Shown in pieces: positions 47,433 to 59,340 of a DNA stretch of 64,000 bases. The first letter of the stretch is position 1; each line of letters starts with the position of its first letter. The position numbers and the translations under genes were made by a program. The DNA lies in sequence record SRR31156797_535; one strand, written 5' to 3'. Under the pieces are notes generated by a model that saw nothing but the letters and a program-made list of their open reading frames with translations, had not been told where the DNA came from and searched no databases.

Positions 47433-49214
47433 ATGAGCGAAATACAAAAACCGAAACTAAATAAAATTATCATAAGAGCATTGCTGCTCTATACACCCAT
47501 ACTCATTATTTCCCTGATCACCCTGATAGTCTTTCTCTCCATATATATAAAAATTGACCTGAAAAATATAAACAACTCACAAAAGCTAATATTAGATCTT
47601 CAGAAGAAGAAAACAGCGAACAGTTTCCGTGAGATTTTCTCAGATATTAAATTCCTTACTGACTCAAGCGCAATAAAGAAGTACAGCAGAGACCCTGTAG
47701 AGCACTACAGCAGCCTTGTAACACTTTTTCATTATTTCCTTAAAAATAAGCCATTTTATGAACAAATTAAGTTTGTAGGCATTGACGGACAGAGCCTCAT
47801 AAGTATTAATGGTAAAGGTGAAAAAGACAAAATGAGTGACGAAGCTTTAGAGGACTATTTTTCTAAAGTTTCGCTTCTACCTAAGAACAACCTATTCATT
47901 TCTGAGCTTCACTACCATGACGGATATCCAGCGATACACTTCTCTGTACCGATTTATGACAGCAATGATAAGAAGCACGGCTTTTTAACACTTACATACA
48001 AAGCACAAACACTCCTTGATGCAATAAAGGACCACGAGTCATTATCTGTTGGGCTAATAATGCTGCTGGATAAAGACTCTAAGTGGATCATCAAAGACAA
48101 TCCGAATGATAGATCAACCCACTTTAAAACAGGAAATGCCTCTGAATGGAGTGAGATGTATCTCAAAGAACAGGGTGATATCCGATCACCATCCGGGCTT
48201 TTCTATTTTACAACTCTTCGCCCTGTGCCTACTTTGGCTAGTGAAGATTCTGATACAATTGATCTTCGCCTCTCAACAGAGCTTAAATACCACCCTGCCG
48301 GATATGAATGGAAACTTGCGACCCACATACCTCAGAGCTTTCTTGAGGTGAGATACGCAAACCTTACTACTTTCTCATACATTATCTTTATCATGGTCAA
48401 TATTGCTTTCCTCATAGCTTCCATAATCATAGCGGCAATATGGCTACGCTCTAAGTATAGCGACGAGGTTCATAGACAGACTCAGGAGGAGTATGTCAAA
48501 GAGCTGAAATTAAAACGTGCCGAACTTCAAGATATGGTTAGTGACTCTCAGGAACTTGTACACATTCTCTGCCACGACCTCCTCAACCCTCTCTCTGCTA
48601 TCAGCATTGTGCTTGAAATGGATGAGCAGGACGAAGAGACAGATATCGTTCTCAGAGAGTCTCTGAAAGAAGCTTTAAGTATTATAAACACAGTAAAGGC
48701 GATGCGTGCGCTCGATTCTGGAAAGAAGAGGCTGGATCTTTCGCCAGTAAACCTTAAAAAAGCTGTTGAAAAGTCGCTCAGAATCATTAAGCACAGGATA
48801 AAGAACAAGGATGTAGCTATTAACGTCTTGATAGACCCTTCCCACGAGGCTGTCGCTGACGTTACTTCACTTGTAAATTCAGTAGTGAGCAACCTTATCA
48901 CTAATGCAATCAAATTTTCAGAACATAAAAGCTCAGTTGATATAATTTCAGAAAAATCCGGCAGTAACACCATATTGAAGATAATAGATCAGGGGGCTGG
49001 TATACCTGAAAACATCATTGATATTCTATTTGACCCGTCAAAACCGACATCAAGACCTGGAACAGATGGTGAGACAGGAACGGGATTCGGGATGCCTCTG
49101 GTTTATAAATTTATGCACAGATACGGTGGTGAAATTGAGGTGGTATCTAAAGTCAAATCAGAAACTTCAACAGATCACGGAACAACTATCATACTGACAT
49201 TCAAATCAGCTTAG
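47433..49214 (+). CDS. Membrane sensor histidine kinase with Cache-like periplasmic domain
   Basis: Two TM helices, H-box CHDLLNPL, NLITNAIKFS, DQGAGI and GTGFGM. Confidence 0.9.
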   Translation: MSEIQKPKLNKIIIRALLLYTPILIISLITLIVFLSIYIKIDLKNINNSQKLILDLQKKKTANSFREIFSDIKFLTDSSAIKKYSRDPVEHYSSLVTLFHYFLKNKPFYEQIKFVGIDGQSLISINGKGEKDKMSDEALEDYFSKVSLLPKNNLFISELHYHDGYPAIHFSVPIYDSNDKKHGFLTLTYKAQTLLDAIKDHESLSVGLIMLLDKDSKWIIKDNPNDRSTHFKTGNASEWSEMYLKEQGDIRSPSGLFYFTTLRPVPTLASEDSDTIDLRLSTELKYHPAGYEWKLATHIPQSFLEVRYANLTTFSYIIFIMVNIAFLIASIIIAAIWLRSKYSDEVHRQTQEEYVKELKLKRAELQDMVSDSQELVHILCHDLLNPLSAISIVLEMDEQDEETDIVLRESLKEALSIINTVKAMRALDSGKKRLDLSPVNLKKAVEKSLRIIKHRIKNKDVAINVLIDPSHEAVADVTSLVNSVVSNLITNAIKFSEHKSSVDIISEKSGSNTILKIIDQGAGIPENIIDILFDPSKPTSRPGTDGETGTGFGMPLVYKFMHRYGGEIEVVSKVKSETSTDHGTTIILTFKSA

Positions 49215-49934
49215 CTCAACTATCTTGGTCACGGCGAACTGCTTAGCGATACGTCCGCTTCGGCCGCCTCTGTCCATAGCGTAATTCTCAGCTTCACGCT
49301 CCCAGCTATCGCTAAAAGGTATCTCATATTTTTTAAAATAATTCTCAACAATCTTCAGATAATCTTTTTTGATAATAGGGTAGAAACCCACCGCAAGACC
49401 AAAGCGTGCAAAAAGGGATGTCTTCTCATTAGCGTCGTCACGGTCGTAAAGATCACCTGAATCAGCCGCCTGCTCGGTTATCATGTGGCGCTTGTTTGAG
49501 GTGGCAACAAAGATACAGTTTGGCGGCACTTCCTCAAGCCCGCCCTCAAGGACAGACTTAAACATACGATAAAGAATATCGCTGGAATCAAAAGATATAT
49601 CATCAAGATAGATCATAACATATCGCCCGCTCATCTTACGGATGTCAGCGTAAAGGTCATATATAGAAAGGACATCATCGTTGCGAAACTCAACAGCAGT
49701 TAACCCTTCCTTAGCATACTCACTAAGGAGAAGCTTGATCAGTGTCGATTTACCCAGCCCTTTTTCACCCCAGAGGAGCATATTCAGTGCTGGTTTTCCG
49801 CTCACAAAAGCTTTGATATTACGCTCAGCAAGCCCTATCTGCCTGTCGATAGCGACCAGATCGCTCCTTTCAACAGAATCAACATGCTCTATTTTGCCCA
49901 GTCCGTTCTTCGTCCATCTGTATGCGTGTGCCAT
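49206..49934 (-). CDS. DUF815 family AAA+ ATPase
   Basis: LLWGEKGLGKS, DDISF, KSVLEGG, ATSNKRH and GGRSGRIA. Confidence 0.88.
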   Translation of the reverse strand: MAHAYRWTKNGLGKIEHVDSVERSDLVAIDRQIGLAERNIKAFVSGKPALNMLLWGEKGLGKSTLIKLLLSEYAKEGLTAVEFRNDDVLSIYDLYADIRKMSGRYVMIYLDDISFDSSDILYRMFKSVLEGGLEEVPPNCIFVATSNKRHMITEQAADSGDLYDRDDANEKTSLFARFGLAVGFYPIIKKDYLKIVENYFKKYEIPFSDSWEREAENYAMDRGGRSGRIAKQFAVTKIVELS

Positions 49935-49935
49935 A

Positions 49936-50913
<978 letters not shown>

Positions 50914-50923
50914 ATCTATCTCC

Positions 50924-51607
50924 TTAACTCAGTTCTGTTATTAATTTTACCATCCAATCGAGTGTGAAATCATCAGGATATCTCGAATCATACCCGAGCT
51001 GTCTCACCTCGTCCGCTGTTGTTTTACCTATGCAGACTATCTGCTGTGTTATCTCGCCAAGCCCTTTAAGCATAGCACGTGCCGCAGACGGAGATGCAAA
51101 TGTTATTATATTTATCTCATTATCAGCTAGAAACTGTTCTATATAGCCCGGAGGATAGTTCACTTGCTGGGTGTTGTAGATCGTTACTATGTGCACCATC
51201 GCACCACGACCTTCGAGGTAGTTATGAAAATCTCCGGCACGAACCTTCGCCCCGGGAAACATAAATTTCTTACCCTCGACATCAACATCAGCAAACTGCT
51301 CTTTCATCCCCTCAGCGCTGTAAGTTTGCGGGATGATGTCAGCCTTTACGCCTATTTCGAGCAGTGCCTCAGCAGTTGACGGCCCCACAGCCACCACATG
51401 CTCAAACATCACACGGTCTTTATATTTATCGAAATATTTTACAGAATTTAAACTGGTGAAAACGATATAATCGTAATCGCCGGATATTATAGCGGGGACA
51501 GGCGTGCACTCTATCATAGGCAGACTGAGCGTACTTATCCCGAATGCGCCCAGCTTGTCAGCGAGCACCTGATATTTTTCCCTCTCTCTGGTGATCAATA
51601 CGTTCAT
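50924..51607 (-). CDS. hemD: Uroporphyrinogen-III synthase
   Basis: [24 protein letters not shown] and IGKTT; lies between hemC and hemB. Confidence 0.9.
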   Translation of the reverse strand: MNVLITREREKYQVLADKLGAFGISTLSLPMIECTPVPAIISGDYDYIVFTSLNSVKYFDKYKDRVMFEHVVAVGPSTAEALLEIGVKADIIPQTYSAEGMKEQFADVDVEGKKFMFPGAKVRAGDFHNYLEGRGAMVHIVTIYNTQQVNYPPGYIEQFLADNEINIITFASPSAARAMLKGLGEITQQIVCIGKTTADEVRQLGYDSRYPDDFTLDWMVKLITELS

Positions 51608-52533
51608 TAGCTCTCTTGGGAGTAAATCTCTTCCAGAATGCCTTTAGCACCAGCGGCGAGCACCTTTTCAGCAAGCTCAAGTCCGAGCTTTTCAGAATCA
51701 GCCGCAGCCCCTTCGATTATCTGCTCAATGAATGTAACACCGTCAAGGTCAGCGACGATCCCCTTCATGCATATCTTGTCACCAGTGATTACTGAGTGAC
51801 CAGCGATCGGAGCCTGACATCCACCCTCAAGTCTTCTGAGGAAAGCACGTTCCATAACGACCTTTGTCTCTGTCTCAGGATGTTTTAGAAATTTAAGCAT
51901 ATCTTTGATGCGCTTGTCGTCTTCTCGCACCTGTATCCCCAGAACCCCCTGACAGCAAGCGGGAAGCATCTGCTCAGTGTTAAAAGTCTCTTTCACCCAC
52001 TGTCCGAGCTCAAGCCTCACAAGACCGGCTTTTGCAAGGATTATCCCGTCATATTCACCAGCTTCAAGCTTAGCGAGGCGGGTGTTCACATTACCTCTCA
52101 GGTCTTTGATAATAAGGTCAGGACGCATCCTTTTAAGCTGAAGTTTTCTGCGTAGTGAGCTTGTCCCAACCACTGCGCCCTGCGGAAGTTCTGACACTTC
52201 TTTATACTTTACTGAAACAAAGCAGTCATAAGGTGTTTCACCCTCTGGGGAAGCGTAAAGCTCCAACCCGTCAGGCATCTCCATAGGGACATCCTTCATG
52301 CTGTGGACAGCGATATCAGCCTTTCCGTCGATGAGCGCCTGCTCAATCTCTTTCACAAAAAGCCCTTTGCCGCCAATCTTCGCAAGGGGTACATCGAGAA
52401 TCTTATCACCTTTGGTTTTGATAACATTAAGCTCAACCTCAACACCGTGCTCTTTGATAAGACAGTCTTTGATATGATGCGCCTGCCAGAGAGCAAGATT
52501 GCTCCCTCTTGTTGCTATAACTACTTTTTCCAT
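51607..52533 (-). CDS. hemC: Hydroxymethylbilane synthase
   Basis: ATRGSNLALWQ, GKGLFVKE, HSMKDVP, GTSSLRR and LEGGC. Confidence 0.97.
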   Translation of the reverse strand: MEKVVIATRGSNLALWQAHHIKDCLIKEHGVEVELNVIKTKGDKILDVPLAKIGGKGLFVKEIEQALIDGKADIAVHSMKDVPMEMPDGLELYASPEGETPYDCFVSVKYKEVSELPQGAVVGTSSLRRKLQLKRMRPDLIIKDLRGNVNTRLAKLEAGEYDGIILAKAGLVRLELGQWVKETFNTEQMLPACCQGVLGIQVREDDKRIKDMLKFLKHPETETKVVMERAFLRRLEGGCQAPIAGHSVITGDKICMKGIVADLDGVTFIEQIIEGAAADSEKLGLELAEKVLAAGAKGILEEIYSQES

Positions 52534-52536
52534 ATA

Positions 52537-53799
52537 TTAATCCTCTAACTCAAATAATATTTTCATCGCTTCATCTAACGTATATTTACCGCCGTCAGCA
52601 CCTTTGTTTTTAAGATTTTTAAGCGGTGTATGCAGAACTTTGTTCATATAAGCACTCACAAGATACTGCATCTTCTGAAGTTCATCATCCGTTGGTTTAT
52701 TTTTATCTGTAAATCTTTTAAGCTCTGTTTCTTTAATATCTTCGAATGACTGTCTGAAAGATTTTATCACAGGTACAATCTTCATCGACTCAATCCAGCC
52801 GTAGAAGCTCTCAAGCCCCTGCTCTATATACTCCTGTGCCCTCTGCGCCTCTTTTTCACGCTGCTTTTTATTCGCCTCTACAACAGCCTTAAGGTCATCA
52901 ACATCATAAACATAAACATTGTCCACATCATTGATGTCTGGGTCTATATCTCTCGGAACAGCGATATCTATAAAGAACATAGGACGCTTCTTACGTCCGC
53001 TCATAGCCTTAACAGCGTTGTCTTTAGTCACCAGCAGCTCTGTCGCACCAGTGGAGCTAAGAACTATATCAAAATTATGGAGTTCTTCTTTATATCCGTC
53101 AAAAGGGAGAACAGAACCACCAACCTCATCAGCCAGCGTCTGCGCCTTTGACATTGTCCTGTTAGTAACAGTCAAATCGCCTATTCCTGAGTTTTTGAAA
53201 TGTTTCGCCGCAAGCTCACACATCTCTCCCGCACCTATGATAAGCGCACTATGCTTTTTCAGATTACCAAAAATCTTAGAAGCGAGCTCGACAGCGGCAT
53301 AGCTTACAGATACGGCATTTTCACCGATACCTGTGTGAGTCCTCACCTTTTTAGTGGTTTTAATAGTATATTCTTCAAGCTTACGAATAAAAGTCCCAGC
53401 TCCGCTCATCTCTCTGGCGGCTTCGAAGGAGTCCTTCACCTGTCCAAAAATCTGAGGTTCACCCATTACAAGGGAATCAAGCCCTGAAGCCACACGGAAT
53501 ATGTGCTCAACAGACTCATCGCCGCACTTGATATAAATATATTTCCCAAGCTCAGACCGGTCTATACCACATCGTCCGAGGATAACATCAAGCACGCTCT
53601 CGATATTACAGAGGAAATCATCAGTAACGATATAATACTCCACCCGGTTACAGGTAGAGATTATCATCGCCTCATATATACGGTCATTAACCATGACCTC
53701 TTTATATATCTTTGCCAGCTCTTCCCCTTCAACAGCGAGCTTCTCTCGAACCTCAACAGGGGCAGAGTTATGATTTAAACCTAATACTGCTAATTGCAT
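52537..53799 (-). CDS. hemA: Glutamyl-tRNA reductase
   Basis: STCNRVE, GLDSLVMGEPQI, IGAGEM and DIAVPRD. Confidence 0.97.
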   Translation of the reverse strand: MQLAVLGLNHNSAPVEVREKLAVEGEELAKIYKEVMVNDRIYEAMIISTCNRVEYYIVTDDFLCNIESVLDVILGRCGIDRSELGKYIYIKCGDESVEHIFRVASGLDSLVMGEPQIFGQVKDSFEAAREMSGAGTFIRKLEEYTIKTTKKVRTHTGIGENAVSVSYAAVELASKIFGNLKKHSALIIGAGEMCELAAKHFKNSGIGDLTVTNRTMSKAQTLADEVGGSVLPFDGYKEELHNFDIVLSSTGATELLVTKDNAVKAMSGRKKRPMFFIDIAVPRDIDPDINDVDNVYVYDVDDLKAVVEANKKQREKEAQRAQEYIEQGLESFYGWIESMKIVPVIKSFRQSFEDIKETELKRFTDKNKPTDDELQKMQYLVSAYMNKVLHTPLKNLKNKGADGGKYTLDEAMKILFELED

Positions 53800-53802
53800 C
53801 CT

Positions 53803-54591
53803 TTAACCCATCACAAAATATGCCACACCTATGTAGGTGACCAGCACTGAAATAAAACCAACGATCGTGGAAAGTGCCGTATCTTTCGGCGACATCCCTT
53901 TGAATTGCTTATAAAATGTAATACTACTGTATATAATCCAGGTTAATATTGCGAAAACAAGCTTAGGACTAAAAATATTTATACGTCCGCTTGAGTAAAA
54001 CATCCACACAACACCCGCCAGAAGACCGATTGTGAATGTATAAAAACCTATGTAAAGAGTTGTATTATTTAACCTGTTTATCGTATCAAGAGGTGGGAAA
54101 CGGCGGAAAACCACGCCGAAATTCTTCTTTTTAAGCTGCCGCTCCTGAATGAAGTACATTATCCCTGTAAAGGTGGAGAGCATAAAAAACGCCGTACCAA
54201 GAATCGTAAACGGGAGATGTATGTAAAGCCACGCAGTCACCACAACCTCACTCTGAGTAGCTTCCAGCCCGGATGAAAACTTCGCTATCATCACAAATAT
54301 CACTGTCAGAGGGAAGACAAACAGCCCTACGGATGCACGCTTAAATTTTATGTACATCGCAAGATATCCGATGAATAATGCCATCGTCAGAAGCAGCATA
54401 ACACCGCTGAGAGAAGCGTAAGGCGGAACAGGCATTTTATAAAGATGTGTATACTGAAGTACTGTGAAGCCGAGACCGAGCACAGCGAATATATTAGTCA
54501 CCAGCTCAAGCCGCTTATAACCAAGGAAGAAATATAGTGTCACATGCAAAAGAGCAAGCACACACCCTAAAAGGGCTAAGTCAAAATACAT
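53803..54591 (-). CDS. Cytochrome c assembly protein (CcsA/HemX-like)
   Basis: About 8 TM helices, WLYIH, QERQLKKK, PPLDTI and SPK; directly upstream of hemA. Confidence 0.85.
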   Translation of the reverse strand: MYFDLALLGCVLALLHVTLYFFLGYKRLELVTNIFAVLGLGFTVLQYTHLYKMPVPPYASLSGVMLLLTMALFIGYLAMYIKFKRASVGLFVFPLTVIFVMIAKFSSGLEATQSEVVVTAWLYIHLPFTILGTAFFMLSTFTGIMYFIQERQLKKKNFGVVFRRFPPLDTINRLNNTTLYIGFYTFTIGLLAGVVWMFYSSGRINIFSPKLVFAILTWIIYSSITFYKQFKGMSPKDTALSTIVGFISVLVTYIGVAYFVMG

Positions 54592-54696
54592 TTATATTAT
54601 TCTCCAATTACTAAGAATATAAACTATTATAAAGTATATATATTTCAATCACTTTTTTGAAGATAAATTTTGTAAAAGGCGAAGGTAGCCACCCTT

Positions 54697-54758
54697 ATCA
54701 CAATACTGTGACCGTAATATTTTGCCTCACTCCTTACAGCTCACGATGTTCGCCTGAT
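54697..54758 (+). repeat. Left copy of a 62-bp bipartite inverted repeat
   Basis: 42/62 ungapped identity to the reverse complement of 55895-55956 (18/20 and 20/25 in the two end blocks). Confidence 0.7.
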
Positions 54759-54911
54759 TTAGCTATCTATATAAAGCGACTAGCAGGAGCGACAAAACTA
54801 TAAGACTAAAGTTTGTTCCTCAACTTAGTGATATGCCCGTCATCGCTGACAACAAATTAATTCAGATAAAAATTGGACATTTATGATGTTTGTGTGCTAG
54901 TTTATTTTTAC

Positions 54912-55772
54912 ATGAGCTATGAACCTATTTCATTAAAACATAAAGATTTACTGAAGGATCGACTGCAATCTGTCAGTATCCCTATATCTGAATACAGTTT
55001 CCCTAACCTTTACCTCTTCAGAAATGCCCATGATTATGAGGTGTTTCAGTTCGAAGGGGAATATTATGTCCGTGGGAAATCCTACGATGGATATACATAC
55101 ATAATGCCGACGAAAGATATGCGCACCTGTTGCATTGACACACTTTTCAAGCTACAGAAAGAGTGCGATTTCTTCTTCCCTGTACACGAAAGCTGGCTCG
55201 ACTATTTCAAGCAGTACAACATCGAATATAGTTTTAGCGATGGTGACACCGACTATATCTATACCGCAGAAAAGATGCAGCTCTACCCGGGGCGCAAACT
55301 CCATAAAAAACGTAACCTGCTAAAACAGTTCAAAGAGAACTACGAGGCTGTCGCATACGAAATAAGCCCCGAACGCCTTGACGACTGTAAATTTATCCTC
55401 GATAAATGGATTGAAGTATCCGGATTAACAAAAGAAGAGACAGACTATTATGCCTGTTCAGAAGCACTTGAGCTTTATAACGACCTCTGTATCTGCGGAG
55501 GAATATACTATGTCAACGATGAGCCGATCGGATTTATCATTGGCGAAGAACTCTCAGAAGATACTTACGTCCTTCACTTCGCAAAAGGACTAACATCATA
55601 TAAAGGTATCTACCAATACCTCTACAACGATTTTGCTAACATCCTCCCTAAGAGATATGAATACATCAACTTCGAGCAGGACCTTGGTAAGATGGCTTTA
55701 CGTATGGCTAAAACAAGCTACATCCCTGACATGCTCGCCAAAAAATACCGCATGATCCTCCGAAGCGATTAG
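54912..55772 (+). CDS. DUF2156 / phosphatidylglycerol lysyltransferase C-terminal-like GNAT protein
   Basis: SEYSFPNLY, DYIY, L.G.K.HKKRN, HFAKG, YINFEQDLG and K.SY.P. Confidence 0.85.
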   Translation: MSYEPISLKHKDLLKDRLQSVSIPISEYSFPNLYLFRNAHDYEVFQFEGEYYVRGKSYDGYTYIMPTKDMRTCCIDTLFKLQKECDFFFPVHESWLDYFKQYNIEYSFSDGDTDYIYTAEKMQLYPGRKLHKKRNLLKQFKENYEAVAYEISPERLDDCKFILDKWIEVSGLTKEETDYYACSEALELYNDLCICGGIYYVNDEPIGFIIGEELSEDTYVLHFAKGLTSYKGIYQYLYNDFANILPKRYEYINFEQDLGKMALRMAKTSYIPDMLAKKYRMILRSD

Positions 55773-55855
55773 GATCGCCAGCCGAATCACAAAGTCTTTA
55801 TATAATCTGTACATTAAAGTTTTGCGCATCACGCTGTGATGCTGATTTAGATAAA

Positions 55856-55885
55856 AATAAAGGGAACCTTTCGGTTCCCTTTTTT
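55856..55885. terminator. Bidirectional intrinsic terminator (DUF2156 / fabI)
   Basis: AAAGGGAACC-TTTC-GGTTCCCTTTTTT. Confidence 0.8.
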
Positions 55886-55894
55886 AGTCATAAT

Positions 55895-55956
55895 ATTAGG
55901 TGAACGTAGTGAGCCGTAAAACAAGACAGTTCAGACTACGTTTACAGTATTGTGAT
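55895..55956 (-). repeat. Right copy of the 62-bp bipartite inverted repeat
   Basis: Reverse complement ATCACAATACTGTAAACGTA...TTACGGCTCACTACGTTCACCTAAT matches the left copy. Confidence 0.7.
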
Positions 55957-55977
55957 TTGCCTGCAGGTGCTGACCTG

Positions 55978-56745
55978 CTATAAGCCCATGATGGAGTAGC
56001 CACAGTCGACGTGGATAACTTCGCCAGTCACAGCGGATGAGAGGTCGCAAGCGAGGTAAGTCGCTGTTTTTGCAACATCGTCCTGTGTGCAGTTGTCACG
56101 AAGCGGTGCGTTCTCTGCTATGTGGTTAAAAATCTTTTTAAAATCAGAGATACCGGCAGCAGCGAGAGTCTTGATAGGTCCTGCTGAGATAGCGTTAACT
56201 TTGATCTTTCTCTCACCGAGGTCGTAAGCGAGATACTGAGTAGATGACTCAAGAGCCGCTTTCGCAACACCCATAACGTTATAGTTTTTGATAACTTTTT
56301 CCGCACCGAGGTAAGACATACATATGATGCTTCCGCCGTCGTTCATGATAGGCTCTGCAGCCTTAGCCATAGCAACGAGCGAAAATGCGCTGATGTCGAG
56401 TGCCATAGCGAAATGGTCTCTCTGTGTGTCGATGTAGCGACCTTTAAGAGCCTCGCCAGGAGCGTAAGCAACTGAGTGGATGAGTATATCGAATGTTCCC
56501 CACTCCTCTTTAACAGTCTCGAAGCACTTTTCTATCTGCTCGTCACTTGTAACGTCACAAGGAACGAGGAATTTACCACCGAGCTCCGCAGAAACCTTCT
56601 CAACCCTGCTGAGCAGTTTTTCGCCCGCATAGCTGAAAGCAACTTCTGCGCCCTCTGCGATAAATTTCTTAGCAATCGCATAAGCGATACTTTTGTTATT
56701 TGCAACACCGAAAACCAGTGCTTTTTTTCCATCAAGAAGTCCCAT
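55978..56745 (-). CDS. fabI: Enoyl-ACP reductase
   Basis: GVANNKSIA, HSVAYA, YNVMGVAKAALE and ISAGPIKTLA. Confidence 0.96.
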   Translation of the reverse strand: MGLLDGKKALVFGVANNKSIAYAIAKKFIAEGAEVAFSYAGEKLLSRVEKVSAELGGKFLVPCDVTSDEQIEKCFETVKEEWGTFDILIHSVAYAPGEALKGRYIDTQRDHFAMALDISAFSLVAMAKAAEPIMNDGGSIICMSYLGAEKVIKNYNVMGVAKAALESSTQYLAYDLGERKIKVNAISAGPIKTLAAAGISDFKKIFNHIAENAPLRDNCTQDDVAKTATYLACDLSSAVTGEVIHVDCGYSIMGL

Positions 56746-56757
56746 ATGTAAATCCTC

Positions 56758-58095
56758 CTAAAACATATCCAGAAATTTGGATATGTTAATAGATAAACCA
56801 ATTTCTATACTTTTGTCAAACTCCACTTTCTCAGGGAGATAATATTTTCTGATACCCATCTTATAACTTTCACTCATACGGTTGCCCATATTTGAAACGG
56901 GTCTTATCACGCCTGTCAAACCGACCTCTCCGATGAAAGTTGTTTCTGGAGGTATAGGTCTGTCACGAAAGGAAGAAACTATCGCCGCACAGATAGCGAG
57001 GTCTGCGCTTGTCTCGGTGATCTTCATGCCACCTGCGACGTTGATATATATATCACTTCCGGCGAGATTAAGCCCGCCTTTTTTTTCTAAAACAGCGAGA
57101 AGCATGTTGAGTCTGTTCTGATCAAAACCCATGCAGTTACGTTTCGGAAACTGATAAAATGTAGGAGCCACAAGCGCCTGAACCTCTATGAGAAATGCAC
57201 GTGTCCCCTCCATCACCGGAACAAAAACCCTACCTGCGGATGAATCCTGCTTATCTTCAACAAAGCTGTAGCTGGAAAGTTCAACCAACCCTTTGTCTGT
57301 CATCTCAAAAATACCCACTTCATTAGTAGGACCGAATCTATTTTTCACCGAGCGGAGTATGCGAACCCCACGGCTATAGTCACCTTCGAAATAGAGCACT
57401 GTATCAACGAGGTGCTCAAGCACTTTCGGACCTGCTATGTAGCCGTCCTTAGTCACCTGACCGACAATCATAACAGTGATGCCTCTGCTTTTTGCAAGCT
57501 CTACAAGGCGATAGGTCACATGCTTAACCTGACCGACAGTTCCAGCCGCAGAGTTAAGATCATCAGAAGCGACTGTCTGGATAGAATCGAGAATTATGTA
57601 ATCAGGACGCTCATTTTCACATGATTGCAGAACGTCTTCGAGACTATTAGTAGACAATATATCAATTTCATTATTTGAAACCTTAAGTCTGTCTCCACGA
57701 AGTTTGAGCTGTGCGGCTGATTCCTCTCCTGAAACGTATAAAACTTTTAATCTGTCCCTTGAAAGAATCCCTGCACACTGAAGCATAATTGTGGATTTAC
57801 CTATGCCCGGCTCACCACCAACAAGGAGTACGGAACCTTTCACCAGCCCGCCACCAAGCACCTGATCAAGCTCCGGCATACCCGTAGGTGTACGCTCAGT
57901 CTCAAGCCCTTTCACGTCTTTCAAAGATATCGGTTTAACTTTTGGGGTGCGTTTTGCGATCGCAGTGGAACCAGTCTCCTCCGGCGCTTCCTCAACGAAA
58001 CTGCTCCAGCTGTTACACTCGGGGCATTTCCCTATCCAGCCGGGGCTGACATATCCGCAAGACTGACAGACATATTTAGACTTTTTCTTAGCCAT
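56758..58095 (-). CDS. radA: DNA repair protein RadA/Sms
   Basis: C4 zinc finger, GEPGIGKST, KNRFG and Lon-like C-terminus. Confidence 0.96.
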   Translation of the reverse strand: MAKKKSKYVCQSCGYVSPGWIGKCPECNSWSSFVEEAPEETGSTAIAKRTPKVKPISLKDVKGLETERTPTGMPELDQVLGGGLVKGSVLLVGGEPGIGKSTIMLQCAGILSRDRLKVLYVSGEESAAQLKLRGDRLKVSNNEIDILSTNSLEDVLQSCENERPDYIILDSIQTVASDDLNSAAGTVGQVKHVTYRLVELAKSRGITVMIVGQVTKDGYIAGPKVLEHLVDTVLYFEGDYSRGVRILRSVKNRFGPTNEVGIFEMTDKGLVELSSYSFVEDKQDSSAGRVFVPVMEGTRAFLIEVQALVAPTFYQFPKRNCMGFDQNRLNMLLAVLEKKGGLNLAGSDIYINVAGGMKITETSADLAICAAIVSSFRDRPIPPETTFIGEVGLTGVIRPVSNMGNRMSESYKMGIRKYYLPEKVEFDKSIEIGLSINISKFLDMF

Positions 58096-59123
58096 TACTT
58101 ATCCTCATTGAGGAAATCATTAACTGTCAACCTGCCCGGCACAGAAATCTTAAGGTGTTCATAAGCATGGGTTGTTGCCATGCGGCCACGAGGGGTCTTT
58201 TTGACAAAACCACGATATATAAGGTACGGCTCAATAACGTCTTCGATGGTGTCACGTTCTTCGCTCATGGTAGCTGCGAGAGTATCCACACCAACGGGAC
58301 CGCCATCGTATTTCTCTATAATAGATAAGAGTAAATTTCTATCTGAGGCATCTAAACCTTCAGCATCTATCTCAAGCTTATCAAGGCTTTTTTGTGCAAG
58401 GTCTAGTGTGATATGACCATCATTTAATATATCAGCAAAGTCACGAACACGGCGGAGAATTCTATGTGCTATACGAGGCGTTCCACGGCTTCTGCCCGCT
58501 ATCTCTTTAGCCGCCTCAGGATCAATCTTTGTCTCGAGTATATCCGCACCTCGAAGCAGTATTCTTTTAAGCTCATCTATCTCGTAAAACTCAAGGCGCA
58601 TTATCATACCGAATCTGTCACGAAGCGGCGATGTAAGGAGCCCCGCACGGGTTGTAGCACCGATCAGCGTGAACGGCGGAAGGTCTATCTTCACAGTCCT
58701 CGCCGCTGGCCCCTGACCTATGAGGATATCGAGTTTGAAATCCTCCATGGCGGGGTATAAAATCTCCTCCACATTAGAGTGAAGTCTATGTATTTCGTCA
58801 ATGAAGAGGACGTCCCCCTCCTGAATATTGGTAAGTATCGCCGCAAGGTCACCAGCCTTATCTATCACAGGTCCGCTGGTTGAATTGATATTAACACCAA
58901 GCTCGTGAGAGATAATGTTTGCGAGTGTGGTTTTACCCAGCCCCGGCGGTCCGTGAAAAAGGCAGTGATCAAGCGCCTCAGCTCTCTGCTTAGCCGCCTG
59001 AACAAAAACCTTCAGATTTTCTTTAACCTTCCTCTGACCTACATAGTCATCAAAACCTGTAGGTCGAATTGATGTGGTTTGAAAATCTTCCGGCTGTTTA
59101 TCATCGGTGAAAATATTTTCCAT
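58095..59123 (-). CDS. ruvB: Holliday junction helicase RuvB
   Basis: [24 protein letters not shown] and SRGTPRIA; start moved to ATG 59123. Confidence 0.96.
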   Translation of the reverse strand: MENIFTDDKQPEDFQTTSIRPTGFDDYVGQRKVKENLKVFVQAAKQRAEALDHCLFHGPPGLGKTTLANIISHELGVNINSTSGPVIDKAGDLAAILTNIQEGDVLFIDEIHRLHSNVEEILYPAMEDFKLDILIGQGPAARTVKIDLPPFTLIGATTRAGLLTSPLRDRFGMIMRLEFYEIDELKRILLRGADILETKIDPEAAKEIAGRSRGTPRIAHRILRRVRDFADILNDGHITLDLAQKSLDKLEIDAEGLDASDRNLLLSIIEKYDGGPVGVDTLAATMSEERDTIEDVIEPYLIYRGFVKKTPRGRMATTHAYEHLKISVPGRLTVNDFLNEDK

Positions 59124-59340
59124 AATTAAAAAACTACTCCACTCATAGGTTAACAATATATTATCAGCTAATTCATAAGCAGGCAATAACTGTCTATATT
59201 CGTTTATTTGCATACTTTCTTATATAAAATAAATAATTGATAAATATTTATTAAACATTCATTAGATACTTGTGAAACCATCGTATATAATTACTTATAG
59301 CAACCCATTTATTAACACTTATTATTCTATGGAGAGAGAC

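Noticed and set aside
58095-59340. ruvB without ruvA/ruvC, and its 30-aa N-terminal ORF extension
   Set aside because: Split ruv genes are common, and the extension is AT-rich intergenic sequence upstream of the SD-preceded ATG 59123.
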